In this document: positions 1 through 9,502 of the stretch, in pieces | Layout of the letters: each line of letters opens with the position of its first letter | How positions within the stretch are numbered: the stretch's first letter is position 1 | Assembly (NCBI GenBank): GCA_045595445.1 | Contig: JAZOAK010000023.1 | Location: forward strand, 44,121-108,120 | Source: Acutalibacteraceae bacterium | GTDB taxonomy: Bacteria; Bacillota; Clostridia; Oscillospirales; Acutalibacteraceae | Length of the DNA: 64,000 bases | Reading direction: 5' to 3' | Program-made: the position numbers and the translations under genes | Notes under the pieces: generated by a model | The model's input: only the letters and a program-made list of their open reading frames with translations | Told to the model about the DNA's origin: nothing | Database searches by the model: none

Positions 1-188
1 AGAATCTCATCACGGTTGCTCAGTTGAAAGGGAACCCAAACCGAACCAAGTTTGTGCTCACGGATCATTTGAAGAGCATACTCCAAATCTTCTTCGCCGT
101 GGTGCAAAGTGGGACACAAAAGAAGCCCTAGTTTTTGCTCAACTGTCAACGCCTTGCGGTCCAGTTCATTCATAACCGCCTGCATCAT
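1..188 (-). CDS. Partial CDS (N-terminal ~62 codons, continues past the window start); function unknown
   Basis: ATGATG at 188-183 on the minus strand is preceded by AAAGGACGG. The frame stays open to position 1 (MMQAVMNELDRKALTVEQKLGLLLCP...). It is missing from the ORF track because it runs off the edge. Confidence 0.5.
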   Translation of the reverse strand, partial: MMQAVMNELDRKALTVEQKLGLLLCPTLHHGEEDLEYALQMIREHKLGSVWVPFQLSNRDEI

Positions 189-268
189 AGTTATCCGTCC
201 TTTCTGTCATCACATCTGCAACCCATTATACACAATCCTTCCTGAAAATCAATATATATCCAATAAAA

Positions 269-1498
269 TTAAGCGGATAATGCACAAAATAATTGTTTCA
301 AACAAAACCCGAAACTGAGCCCCGGCACATTGGTTGCTGCACGCACCGGATACTCCGCCAGCACCTCACCGTCACGCATGACGGCAACGGTGCCGACGAT
401 CTGCCCTTTGGCAACAGGCGCTTCCAGATCCTCAGATAAGGAAACCGTACAAGAAAGTCCTTTCTCCTCCCCTTTTCTAACCAACAACGGATCGAGATCG
501 CCGATCTCCGTCGCCACCACCCCCGCCGTGCCGCGCAATACCGGGATCGGTATTAGTGAGGCAGGATCAACCTGCGGGGTATACAGTGCATAGTTGGCAA
601 AACCGTGGTCGAGTAACTTTCTGGCACCGCCGAACCGCTCGTCTGTGGTACTGCAACCCAAGATAACCGCCACAAATCCCAGTCCGTTCCTCTCGGCGGT
701 AGCGGACAGATTATGCCCCGCCGTAGACGTCGTGCCGGTTTTCAGCCCGGTTGCCCCCTGATAGAAACGAATCAGTTTATTGGTATTAACCAACTGTGAC
801 TCACCATTTCGCAGGGTATCCATCCAGATCGTGGTATAGTTTTTAATCAACGGATGTTTCATCAGTTCGCGTGACATCAACGCCACATCGTAAGCGCAAG
901 AATACGCGGTATCGTCCAATCCGCTGCAATCCTTAAACAGCGTATCTTTCATACCAAGCTCGGCGGCGCGGGTGTTCATTCGTTGCACAAACTCCTCAAT
1001 TGAGCCGGCAACGTGCTCTGCAAGCGCGGCACACGCATCGTTTGCGGACACCACTGCCGCAGCTTTCACGAGATCGTGTACCGTCATGATCTCACCCGGC
1101 TCCAACCAGATCTGAGAACCACCCATCGACGCCGCCTCCGCGGAACACGTGACGGGATCTTGCAGGTCGATCAGTCCGCCATCCAATGCCTCCATCACCA
1201 GCAACAGCGTCATCACCTTTGTCACCGAAGCGATTGGTAGTTTTTCGTGCGTGTTCTTTTCAAACAACACCTGTCCTGAGGATAACTCCATTAAAACAGC
1301 AGATTTTCCGCCAACCTCCGGCGAGGATCCCGCGGCGGTTGACACGATCTCACTTAATCCTTTCGGTGCTTCCAGCGACATCAACTCCTCGGCGGTTTCC
1401 CCTGATTCCGTATCAACGATCACCGTTTTTGCCGTAACCGGTATGGTAACCAACAGCGTAGCACACAAGGCGCACGCGAGTATGCGAATCAACTTCAT
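269..1498 (-). CDS. D-alanyl-D-alanine carboxypeptidase (serine-type, PBP5/DacB-like)
   Basis: 409 aa with an N-terminal signal peptide. Motifs SxxK (SVTK), SxN (SAND) and KTG (KTGTT) are present. A GGAGGAG RBS precedes the ATG. Confidence 0.85.
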   Translation of the reverse strand: MKLIRILACALCATLLVTIPVTAKTVIVDTESGETAEELMSLEAPKGLSEIVSTAAGSSPEVGGKSAVLMELSSGQVLFEKNTHEKLPIASVTKVMTLLLVMEALDGGLIDLQDPVTCSAEAASMGGSQIWLEPGEIMTVHDLVKAAAVVSANDACAALAEHVAGSIEEFVQRMNTRAAELGMKDTLFKDCSGLDDTAYSCAYDVALMSRELMKHPLIKNYTTIWMDTLRNGESQLVNTNKLIRFYQGATGLKTGTTSTAGHNLSATAERNGLGFVAVILGCSTTDERFGGARKLLDHGFANYALYTPQVDPASLIPIPVLRGTAGVVATEIGDLDPLLVRKGEEKGLSCTVSLSEDLEAPVAKGQIVGTVAVMRDGEVLAEYPVRAATNVPGLSFGFCLKQLFCALSA

Positions 1499-1591
1499 AC
1501 CATCTCCTCCTCTTTATGTAATATATACAAGGAGGACAAGCACAATATGCAAAAAGAACGGTTGGCAGAGCCAACCGTTCTGTAAAAGATC

Positions 1592-2737
1592 TTATTTGCG
1601 GGAAGCAAGGAGATTTTTGATTTTCTCGTGCGAGTCGATAATGCGGGTAACCGACATATCGTGATTGAGCGAAGCGATAAAATAAGCAATATATTTCGAT
1701 ACGTCCACCTCACAGAACCAGTCACGTTTTTTGAGTTCGTCGGTACGGTAGGTCAAGTTGGTGCCGAGTACGCCGGCAATGACACCGTCTTTGTACGCCT
1801 GATCGAACTTGTCCAGACCATTGGTAAAGATCGCATAGGTGGCATACGCAAAAATACGACCCGCCTTGCGTTTTTTGAGTTCATACGCAATATCCAGCAT
1901 GGATTCACCGGACGAGATGATATCGTCAGCAATGAAAATATCCTTGCCCTCCACCGAATCACCGAGATATTCGTGTGCAACGATGGGGTTGCGACCGTTG
2001 ACAACGTGTGCATAGTCACGGCGCTTGTAGAACATGCCGAGATCAACACCCAAGGTGGAGGCATAGTACATATTACGATTCAAAGCGCCTTCGTCCGGAC
2101 TGACGATCATCATGTGATCACGATCCGGAATCAAATCGGGATAACGGCGGAACATGGCTTTGAGAACTTGATACGAGGGAATCACGTTGTCAAAGCCCAT
2201 CAACGGAACGGCGTTCTGCACACGAGGATCGTGTGCATCAAACGTGATGATGTTGGTCACGCCCATACGCTCCAACTCCTGCAACGCCACCGCGCAATCC
2301 AACGACTCACGGTAGTTACGACGATGCTGACGACCGCCGAACAAGATGGGCATGATCACGTTGATGCGGTGCGCTTTACCGCCTGCCGCTTGGATGATAC
2401 GTTTAAGATCTTGAAAATGATCGTCAGGCGACATGCAGTTTTGCTGACCGAAAATGTTGTACTTTACGTTGTAGTTGCCGACGTCTACCAAAATGAATAA
2501 GTCATCGCCACGGATGCTGGCTTTGATCAAGCCCTTACCATCACCGGACGAAAAGCGCGGGCACTCGGCGGGAATCAAAAACGAATCGCTCGGAACACCG
2601 GCTTTCGCCGCCCAATCGGTAAGATAATAGTCGATCTTTGCCGCCAGTTCTTCGGTACCGGGCTGTGCGATCATGCTGAGCGGTGCGACTTGATTCGGTG
2701 CGGAAAAAATTGTTTCACTGGTTAATTTTTCTACCAT
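1592..2737 (-). CDS. prs: Ribose-phosphate pyrophosphokinase family protein
   Basis: 381 aa. Contains the PRPP-binding loop IADDIISSGESM, DAHD, and the overall Prs domain order. Confidence 0.8.
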   Translation of the reverse strand: MVEKLTSETIFSAPNQVAPLSMIAQPGTEELAAKIDYYLTDWAAKAGVPSDSFLIPAECPRFSSGDGKGLIKASIRGDDLFILVDVGNYNVKYNIFGQQNCMSPDDHFQDLKRIIQAAGGKAHRINVIMPILFGGRQHRRNYRESLDCAVALQELERMGVTNIITFDAHDPRVQNAVPLMGFDNVIPSYQVLKAMFRRYPDLIPDRDHMMIVSPDEGALNRNMYYASTLGVDLGMFYKRRDYAHVVNGRNPIVAHEYLGDSVEGKDIFIADDIISSGESMLDIAYELKKRKAGRIFAYATYAIFTNGLDKFDQAYKDGVIAGVLGTNLTYRTDELKKRDWFCEVDVSKYIAYFIASLNHDMSVTRIIDSHEKIKNLLASRK

Positions 2738-2911
2738 ATTTGCTATCCCCTCGTTTTTATATACTACACATTGTATTTCTATATTACCATACTCTTCGAC
2801 AAATGAAAATAAAAATTTTTCATTTTAACGAAGATTTTTTCAAAGATTTTTTGTGATATACTATGGACAATGCACAAAAGAATGGTACAATACCTAAAAA
2901 GGAGGGATTTG

Positions 2912-4171
2912 ATGAGTTCATTTGTGAATACAGAAGCCGTAGATGAACGCGAACGCGCCTTGCTCGTATCGGTCGATACCGGCGAATTTGATGCCGAAAT
3001 CTCTCTTGACGAACTGGAAGAACTTGCCGATACGGCGGGGGCGGACGTGCTGGGCAGAGTGTTGCAAAAACGCGAATCACCCGACAAAGCCACTTGCTTG
3101 GGGCAAGGTCGTTTGGAAGAACTCGCCTTGCTTGCCGAGAATACCGAAGCGGATCTGGTAATCTTTGACCGTGAACTGACCGCTACGCAACAGCGCAATT
3201 TGGAAGATGCCCTCCCCTGCCGTGTGGTGGATCGCACTATGCTGATCTTGGATATTTTCGCAGGACGCGCCCGCTCAGCAGAGGGACGCTTGCAAGTAGA
3301 ACTCGCCCAACTGCAATATCTGTTACCACGGTTAGCCGGTCAGGGCATTGCACTTTCCCGTCTCGGCGGCGGTATCGGCACACGCGGCCCCGGTGAAACG
3401 AAACTTGAAAGTGACCGGCGGCACATTCGTCGGCGCATTCAATCCATTCGGGACTCTCTCAAAGCCGTCGAACAACAACGTATTCAACGGCGCGACCGCC
3501 GTCATAAGGATAATATTCAAACCGTGGCGATCGTCGGATACACCAACGCCGGCAAATCCACCCTGATGAACCGACTGACCGATGCGGGCGTACTTGCCGA
3601 AGATAAGTTGTTTGCCACGCTGGATACCACGGCACGCGCGTTGAAGCTGCCCGACGGACGCACCATCCTTCTCATTGACACCGTCGGTCTTGTACGGCGT
3701 CTGCCGCATCATTTGGTAGATGCCTTCCGTTCCACCCTCGAAGAAGCCGCCGAGGCGGACGTCATTCTCAATTTGTGTGACAGTTCTTCCGAAGATGCCG
3801 CCGAACATTTAAGCGTTACGCGTGAACTGCTTGCTCAGCTTGGTTGTACCGACCGACCAATCGTGACGGTGTTTAACAAATGCGATCTGCCGGCAGCGTT
3901 ACCGCTGACCGATCGTGACGGTGCCGTATGCATCAGCGCCAAATCGGGCAAAGGCATTGACGAACTGCTCACGCGTCTGACCGAAGTGTTACCGCCCGAC
4001 AGGCGAAAGGTAAAACTGTTATTCCCGTTCGACAAAGGCGCCCTCGCGGGCGAATGTCGCCGTGAGGGTGCAGTAGAATACGAGGAATACGTACCGGAAG
4101 GACTCTCCATGACCGTCACCTTGGGCGCACGATTATTGGAACTAACAAAACCGTATCAAATTATTGAGTAA
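2912..4171 (+). CDS. hflX: GTPase HflX
   Basis: G1 GYTNAGKST, G3 DTVG and G4 NKCD motifs follow an HflX N-terminal domain. I chose the ATG at 2912 because AAGGAGGG sits 5 nt upstream; the ORF track starts earlier, at 2870. Confidence 0.9.
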   Translation: MSSFVNTEAVDERERALLVSVDTGEFDAEISLDELEELADTAGADVLGRVLQKRESPDKATCLGQGRLEELALLAENTEADLVIFDRELTATQQRNLEDALPCRVVDRTMLILDIFAGRARSAEGRLQVELAQLQYLLPRLAGQGIALSRLGGGIGTRGPGETKLESDRRHIRRRIQSIRDSLKAVEQQRIQRRDRRHKDNIQTVAIVGYTNAGKSTLMNRLTDAGVLAEDKLFATLDTTARALKLPDGRTILLIDTVGLVRRLPHHLVDAFRSTLEEAAEADVILNLCDSSSEDAAEHLSVTRELLAQLGCTDRPIVTVFNKCDLPAALPLTDRDGAVCISAKSGKGIDELLTRLTEVLPPDRRKVKLLFPFDKGALAGECRREGAVEYEEYVPEGLSMTVTLGARLLELTKPYQIIE

Positions 4172-4178
4172 AAAGGGT

Positions 4179-4206
4179 TGCATTTTGTCGATGTGTTTGT
4201 TATAAT
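4179..4206 (+). promoter_or_regulatory. Sigma-A-type promoter for the riboswitch-agcS unit
   Basis: TTGCAT, 16-nt spacer, TATAAT (4201-4206). Confidence 0.45.
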
Positions 4207-4229
4207 AGCAACCGTTCAAGTGAATATCC

Positions 4230-4400
4230 GGTTGAGGCTTGCAGGAGATGCGGGGATCCCGCTACTGAAGGAGTAACACTCTCAGGTGTCCGTTTTCGGA
4301 TGAGGACTGTAAGCTGACGGAACTTTGGAGAATCCCGTTCAAACGGGTGCCGAAGGTGCAAAGTGCGTATGCACTAATCTCTCAGGCAAAAGGACAAAGT
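4230..4400 (+). promoter_or_regulatory. Tandem glycine riboswitch (two aptamers)
   Basis: Aptamer 1 reads GGAGA..ACUGAAGGAGUAAC..CUCUCAGG..GAGGAC. Aptamer 2 reads GGAGAAUCCCG..GUGCCGAAGGUGCAA..CUCUCAGGCAAAAGGAC. Both match the glycine riboswitch core, and the element lies upstream of an alanine/glycine symporter. Confidence 0.8.
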
Positions 4401-4437
4401 TACCCCTCCCTTTTTTATAAGGGCATTTTGTCGTTTT

Positions 4438-4479
4438 GCGGGTCACACCACACGGTGCGATCCGCTTTTAATTTTTTTA
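4438..4479 (+). terminator. Intrinsic terminator (riboswitch expression platform)
   Basis: A roughly 12-bp hairpin, GCGGGTCACACC/GGTGCGATCCGC, is followed by TTTTAATTTTTTT just before the agcS RBS. Confidence 0.6.
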
Positions 4480-4492
4480 GGAGGTTGATGAA

Positions 4493-5986
4493 ATGGAGTT
4501 CATCACAAAAATCAATGGGTCAATCAACGGTGTCGTATGGGGAATAGTCGGTCTTGCCCTGCTCATCGGTACCGGTATACTGATGACCTGCGTCACCAAG
4601 GTCTTTCAGATCAGCCGACTCGGTCATTGGTGGAAAGAAACCATCGGTAGTCTTTTCAAACAAGAGGTCATTTCGCACACAAAGGAAAAAGGTACGATCT
4701 CACCGTTCCAGGCGCTGTGTACCGCTCTTGCCGCTACGGTCGGTACCGGTAACATCGCCGGCGTTGCCGCCGCTATTTGCATTGGCGGCGCGGGTGCCGT
4801 GTTCTGGATGTGGGTGGCAGCCTTCTTCGGTATGATGACCAACTTCTCGGAAAACGCGCTGGGCATCTATTTCCGCCGCCGCAATAAAGATGGTGAATGG
4901 TCAGGTGGTGCTATGTACTACCTGCAAGACGGTTTGGGCGCTAAAAAAGGCTTTAAGACCATCGGTAAAGTGCTCGCTGTTTTGTTTGCCTTCTTTGCTA
5001 TGTTCGCCGCATTCGGTATCGGTTCTATGGCACAGGTCAACAACATTGTTACCAACGTCGCCAACGCCTTCGACGTATCGGCACTTTCCTCCATTGACGT
5101 ATTAGGCACCAACCTGTACCGCGTTTTGCTCGGTGCCGTCGTGATGATTCTGACCGCACTCATCACCTTGGGTGGCGTCAAACGCATCGCCAACGTTGCA
5201 GAAAAGATCGTTCCGTTTATGGTGGTTTTGTTTGTCGCCGGTTCGTTGGTAGTCATCGGCATTAACTACGATAGTATCCTCCCCGCCTTCAAAGCCATCT
5301 TCGTCAATGCGTTCCGCCCTCACGCTTTTGTCGGCGGCGCATTAGGCGGTGTCATTGTCGCTATGACCAATGGCTTTAAGCGTGGTGTGTTTTCTAACGA
5401 AGCCGGTCTCGGTTCTTCGGTTATGGTTCACTCGAACTCCAGCATCAAAGAACCTGTTAAACAGGGTATGTGGGGTATCTTCGAGGTGTTTGCCGACACG
5501 ATGGTCGTTTGCACGATGACCGCTTTAGTCGTTCTCACTTCCGGTGTTCACGATTACACGCAAGCCGCTCCCGACGTGGAAGGCTACTCCTCCCTGCTCA
5601 CCGGTGCCGCCTTTAACAGCGTGTTCTCGTGGGGCGATATCGGTCAACGATTTGTCGCCATCGCCTTATTCCTGTTCGCCTTCACCACCATCCTTGGTTG
5701 GAGCCATTACGGCAGCAAAGCTTGGGAATATGTTTTCGGCGCCAAAAGTGTGATTGTGTTCAAAATCATCCACGTTTGCACCATTATGTTCGGTGCAGTC
5801 ATGACCAACTCGCTGGCATGGGATATTTCAGATACCTTTAACGGTTTGATGATGTTCCCCAACTTGATTGCGGTGATCGCCCTTTCTCCGTTGGTTGTCA
5901 AAATCACCAAAAACTATATTGACCGCAAGATACACGGCAAGGACGTTTCGCCTTTGCTCTCTTATAAACCCGAAGACGGTGAATAA
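4493..5986 (+). CDS. agcS: Alanine/glycine:cation (sodium) symporter, AGCS family
   Basis: 497 aa polytopic membrane protein with the AGCS signature region ATVGTGNIAGVA. An AGGAGG RBS is present. Confidence 0.9.
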   Translation: MEFITKINGSINGVVWGIVGLALLIGTGILMTCVTKVFQISRLGHWWKETIGSLFKQEVISHTKEKGTISPFQALCTALAATVGTGNIAGVAAAICIGGAGAVFWMWVAAFFGMMTNFSENALGIYFRRRNKDGEWSGGAMYYLQDGLGAKKGFKTIGKVLAVLFAFFAMFAAFGIGSMAQVNNIVTNVANAFDVSALSSIDVLGTNLYRVLLGAVVMILTALITLGGVKRIANVAEKIVPFMVVLFVAGSLVVIGINYDSILPAFKAIFVNAFRPHAFVGGALGGVIVAMTNGFKRGVFSNEAGLGSSVMVHSNSSIKEPVKQGMWGIFEVFADTMVVCTMTALVVLTSGVHDYTQAAPDVEGYSSLLTGAAFNSVFSWGDIGQRFVAIALFLFAFTTILGWSHYGSKAWEYVFGAKSVIVFKIIHVCTIMFGAVMTNSLAWDISDTFNGLMMFPNLIAVIALSPLVVKITKNYIDRKIHGKDVSPLLSYKPEDGE

Positions 5987-5999
5987 TACATAACAAAAA

Positions 6000-6029
6000 G
6001 AGGACGATGATCGCATCGTCCTCTTTTTT
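6000..6029 (+). terminator. Intrinsic terminator of agcS
   Basis: A perfect 10-bp stem GAGGACGATG/CATCGTCCTC with a 4-nt loop, followed by T6. Confidence 0.8.
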
Positions 6030-6030
6030 G

Positions 6031-6118
6031 CGAAACCCTCTCGGGTTCAAGTCCCAAACAATAAAAAAGCGGTGCGCCCTAACGGGCACACCGTTTTTTT
6101 GGTGCGAGGAATGGGACT
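6031..6118. repeat. 88-bp direct repeat, copy 1 (terminator hairpin plus the last 19 nt of tRNA-Leu, no tRNA body)
   Basis: 88/88 identical to 6225-6312 by direct comparison. Confidence 0.95.
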
Positions 6119-6224
6119 CATATACGGGCTTCGCCTCGTATATGGAGGCTTGACGACCGCTGACGCGGTGCCCGTCTGCGCCATTTTCGGCGGGAAACTT
6201 GCCACCGGCAACTTTGCTGATCGC

Positions 6225-6312
6225 CGAAACCCTCTCGGGTTCAAGTCCCAAACAATAAAAAAGCGGTGCGCCCTAACGGGCACACCGTTTTTTTGGTGCG
6301 AGGAATGGGACT
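6225..6312. repeat. 88-bp direct repeat, copy 2 (overlaps the 3' end of the intact tRNA-Leu and its terminator)
   Basis: 88/88 identical to 6031-6118. The period is 194 bp. Confidence 0.95.
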
Positions 6313-6377
6313 TGAACCCACACGTCAACGACACACGCACCTCAAACGTGCCTGTCTGCCTATTCCAGCATCCTCGC
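6294..6377 (-). tRNA. tRNA-Leu (anticodon GAG), type II with long variable arm, CCA encoded
   Basis: Hand-folded. Acceptor GCGAGGA/TCCTCGC; D loop GAATAGGCAGA; anticodon stem CACGT/GCGTG; loop TTGAGGT; T arm GTGGG-TTCAAGT-CCCAT; 3' end ACCA. Confidence 0.9.
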
Positions 6378-6391
6378 ATATAACAGTGGCT

Positions 6392-6420
6392 ATTATAACA
6401 CCATCCCCGCCTGCTGTCAA
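6392..6420 (-). promoter_or_regulatory. Consensus sigma-A promoter for tRNA-Leu
   Basis: Minus strand TTGACA, 17 nt, TATAAT, ending about 15 nt upstream of the tRNA 5' end. Confidence 0.6.
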
Positions 6421-6460
6421 CCGATTTTTTTGTTTTGTTAATTAATTTTTCGATTTCTAT

Positions 6461-6488
6461 TTGATTTTGTATCGTTATCTGTTATACT
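6461..6488 (+). promoter_or_regulatory. Candidate sigma-A promoter for asnB
   Basis: TTGATT, 16 nt, TATACT, about 30 nt upstream of the asnB start. Confidence 0.45.
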
Positions 6489-6518
6489 AAGAAATAACAC
6501 GAAAACGGAGGATATACC

Positions 6519-8348
6519 ATGTGCGGATTTTGCGGATTTACCGGTGACGCTGTTAATCGCGAACAGCTGTTACAGCAAATGGCAGATAAGATCACCCATC
6601 GCGGGCCGGACTCGCAGGGTGTGTATACGGATGATACGCTTGCCATGGCGTTCCGCCGTCTGTCCATCATTGACCTTGAAGGCGGCAGTCAGCCGATCGA
6701 AAACGAGGACGGCTCCAAGGTGCTGATGTTCAATGGTGAGATCTATAACTACCGCGAACTGCGTGAAGACTTGCTGAAAGCGGGTCACGTTTTCAAAACC
6801 GAAACCGACAGCGAAGTGTTACTGCACGGTTTTGAGGAATGGGATACCGATCTTCTATGCCGTTTGCGGGGTATGTTTGCTTTTGCTGTGTGGGACAAGC
6901 ACACGCACGAGTTGTTTTTGGCGCGCGATTATTTCGGCATCAAGCCGATGCACTATACCCTGCTTCCCGATGGACGGCTGATTTTCGCGTCCGAGATCAA
7001 ATGCATTTTGGAACATCCCGATTATCACAAAGAATTTAACGAGGCAGCACTGGATAACTATTTATCGTTCCAGTATTCGCTGCCGCGTGAGACCTTTTTC
7101 AAAAATATCTATTGTTTGCAACCGTCGCACTACCTGCGCTACCGTAACGGTGAAGTGACCGAGACCCGCTACTGGGAAGCCGTCTTCACCCCCGACGAGA
7201 ACATGGCCCTCGACGAAGCGGTGGATCAGATCGACGCTGTCTTTACCGATTCGGTGGAAGCACACCGCATCAGCGATGTTGAGGTTGGTTGTTTTCTGTC
7301 CGGCGGTGTGGATTCTTGCTTTGTCGCATCGTACTTCGCTGGTCAAAAAGCCTTTACCGTCGGATTTGACAACGGTCAGCATTATAACGAAACCAATTTT
7401 GCCGCCGAACTCGCCGAAGCGGTGGGCATCGAGCATCATAAGCATTTGATCTCGGAAGAAGAATACTGGGAATCGTTACCGAAAGTGCAATACGTCTTAG
7501 ACCAGCCGCTTGCCGATCCCGCTTGCGTGGCATTGTATGCGGTATCAAAACTCGCTTCGCAGTACGTCAAAGTTGTGCTGTCGGGCGAGGGAGCGGATGA
7601 GTTGTTCGGTGGCTATCGCATCTATCACGAACCGACCTCGCTCAGCAGTTATCAGAAGTTGCCGCGAGGGCTGCGTCGGGCGCTCGCCGCAATCGTGCGC
7701 GCGATCCCTTTTGATTTCAAGGGAAAATCCTTTATTATCCGCGGCTCCAAAACGGTGGAAGAACGCTTTATCGGTAACGCGTATATGTTCTCGAAAGCGG
7801 AAAAAGAAACTCTTCTTAAAACCATCCCCTCCACCGACCCCACCGAGCATACCAAGCAATGGTTTGCTCGTTGCGAAGGGTTGGACGACGTTACGCGAAT
7901 GCAATACGTGGACATCAATCGTTGGATGGTGGGCGATATTCTGCTCAAAGCCGACCGCATGAGCATGGCACATTCCTTGGAATTGCGCGTACCGTTTTTG
8001 GACAAGCGGGTATTTGACGTTGCTTCGCGCATCCCCACGAAACACCGCATCGGCGGCGGCACCACCAAATACGCGTTACGTCTTGCCGCGAAGCGCCATA
8101 TTCCCGAAAAAGACACCGCGCGTGCAAAACTCGGATTCCCCGTCCCCGTGCGAGTGTGGTTACGTAAGGAACGTTATTACAACAAGGTCAAAGAGGCTTT
8201 CCTCAGTGCGGATGCCGAGCGCTTCTTCAACACCGACGTGCTGGTACGCTTCTTGGACGAACATTATACCGGCAAGCGGGATAACAGCCGCAAGATCTGG
8301 ACTGTCTATATGTTCCTTGTATGGTATAATTTGTATTTTGGAAACTAA
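6519..8348 (+). CDS. asnB: Asparagine synthase (glutamine-hydrolysing)
   Basis: 609 aa. N-terminal MCGF with the Cys2 nucleophile, a GATase-II domain, and the SGGVDS PP-loop. Confidence 0.9.
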   Translation: MCGFCGFTGDAVNREQLLQQMADKITHRGPDSQGVYTDDTLAMAFRRLSIIDLEGGSQPIENEDGSKVLMFNGEIYNYRELREDLLKAGHVFKTETDSEVLLHGFEEWDTDLLCRLRGMFAFAVWDKHTHELFLARDYFGIKPMHYTLLPDGRLIFASEIKCILEHPDYHKEFNEAALDNYLSFQYSLPRETFFKNIYCLQPSHYLRYRNGEVTETRYWEAVFTPDENMALDEAVDQIDAVFTDSVEAHRISDVEVGCFLSGGVDSCFVASYFAGQKAFTVGFDNGQHYNETNFAAELAEAVGIEHHKHLISEEEYWESLPKVQYVLDQPLADPACVALYAVSKLASQYVKVVLSGEGADELFGGYRIYHEPTSLSSYQKLPRGLRRALAAIVRAIPFDFKGKSFIIRGSKTVEERFIGNAYMFSKAEKETLLKTIPSTDPTEHTKQWFARCEGLDDVTRMQYVDINRWMVGDILLKADRMSMAHSLELRVPFLDKRVFDVASRIPTKHRIGGGTTKYALRLAAKRHIPEKDTARAKLGFPVPVRVWLRKERYYNKVKEAFLSADAERFFNTDVLVRFLDEHYTGKRDNSRKIWTVYMFLVWYNLYFGN

Positions 8349-8351
8349 GAA

Positions 8352-8396
8352 AAGCCGCCCTATGTGTAAAACCGCACATAGGGCGGCTTGTTGTCT
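8352..8396 (+). terminator. Intrinsic terminator of asnB
   Basis: A 15-bp stem AAGCCGCCCTATGTG/CACATAGGGCGGCTT followed by a T-rich run. Confidence 0.8.
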
Positions 8397-8479
8397 GTGT
8401 TTGTCGAAGGGGTTGACAAATCAAAAAAATACGGTTATACTGCCAAAGTCGTGACACTTTCACGGCTTTGGAGGTACAG

Positions 8480-9499
8480 ATGAAACAACAACTGCTTGAC
8501 TGTTTGGCTTTTTTCAAACGACATGCAGCCGTTTGCATCGCCACAGGACTCTCGCTGTTATCAGTACTGATGCTGCTCGTTATGACCCTGTCACTGCGCT
8601 CCGTCACCGTTAACGACGACGGAAAAGCCTTGACCGTACTAACGTTCAGTAACGATCACGAAAGCATCTTAGCAAGTGCAGGCATCACGCTGCATCCGCA
8701 AGACGTGGTCACCGCATCCGCATCCGAAATTGAGATCAACAGAGCCTTTCACGTCACCGTCGCCATAGACGGTGGTGTCTCGACCACCTTGTGCGTAACC
8801 GAAGGTACTGTGGCCGACGCACTAAAAAGCGCACAGATCAATACCGTTACACACACATTAACCGAACACGCACCCGAGGATACGCTCACCGCCAACATGG
8901 TGATTACGGTCAAACCTTTGGAAAACACCACCCGCACCGAGACGGAAGCAATCGCGTACGAAACCGTACTCACCCTTTCCGACGAATTGCCCTCAGGCGG
9001 TCGTACGACACAGCAGAAAGGTGTGGCGGGTGAGAAAACGATCGTCTACCGCGATTATTTCAAAGACGGTAAGTTGATCGAAACCGAGATCGTCAGCGAA
9101 ACGGTAAGCAAACAACCGATTACCGAGCTCGCAACCGTCGGCAAAGGGGCGCTGTCTACCCCGCCGGAAGCCCTCGCCCTTAACGCAAACGGTATTCCGC
9201 TGAAATACAAACAAGTACTGACCGGCACGGCTTGCGCATACACCGCCAAAGAAGGTGCACGCACCGCCACCGGCACGATTCCCGCGGTCGGTACGGTTGC
9301 CGTTAATCCGAAACTCATCCCCTACGGTTCAAAGCTGTTCATTGTATCGGAAAACGGCTACGTATACGGCTACGGTGTCGCCCGCGACACCGGCGGCGGC
9401 GTAATGAAAAACTTGATTCTGGCGGATCTGTATATGGATACAAAAGAAGATTGTTATCAGTTCGGAAGACAAAAAGTAAACATCTATGTGTTAGAATAA
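8480..9499 (+). CDS. DUF348/G5/3D-domain cell-wall protein (YabE-like)
   Basis: N-terminal TM segment, then a G5-like segment (GEKTIVYRDYFKDGK) and a C-terminal 3D domain (ARDTGGGV). I chose the ATG at 8480, preceded by GGAGG. Confidence 0.8.
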   Translation: MKQQLLDCLAFFKRHAAVCIATGLSLLSVLMLLVMTLSLRSVTVNDDGKALTVLTFSNDHESILASAGITLHPQDVVTASASEIEINRAFHVTVAIDGGVSTTLCVTEGTVADALKSAQINTVTHTLTEHAPEDTLTANMVITVKPLENTTRTETEAIAYETVLTLSDELPSGGRTTQQKGVAGEKTIVYRDYFKDGKLIETEIVSETVSKQPITELATVGKGALSTPPEALALNANGIPLKYKQVLTGTACAYTAKEGARTATGTIPAVGTVAVNPKLIPYGSKLFIVSENGYVYGYGVARDTGGGVMKNLILADLYMDTKEDCYQFGRQKVNIYVLE

Positions 9500-9502
9500 C
9501 AA

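Noticed and set aside
6094-6228. A second tRNA, tRNA-Sec or tmRNA-like gene in the segment that ends with the duplicated tRNA-Leu 3' end.
   Set aside because: No 5' acceptor strand (GCGAGGA) is present. The T-arm 5' half is replaced by an unrelated hairpin. The only candidate anticodon arm has a 4-nt loop. It is far too short for tmRNA. I treat it as a repeat or scar instead.
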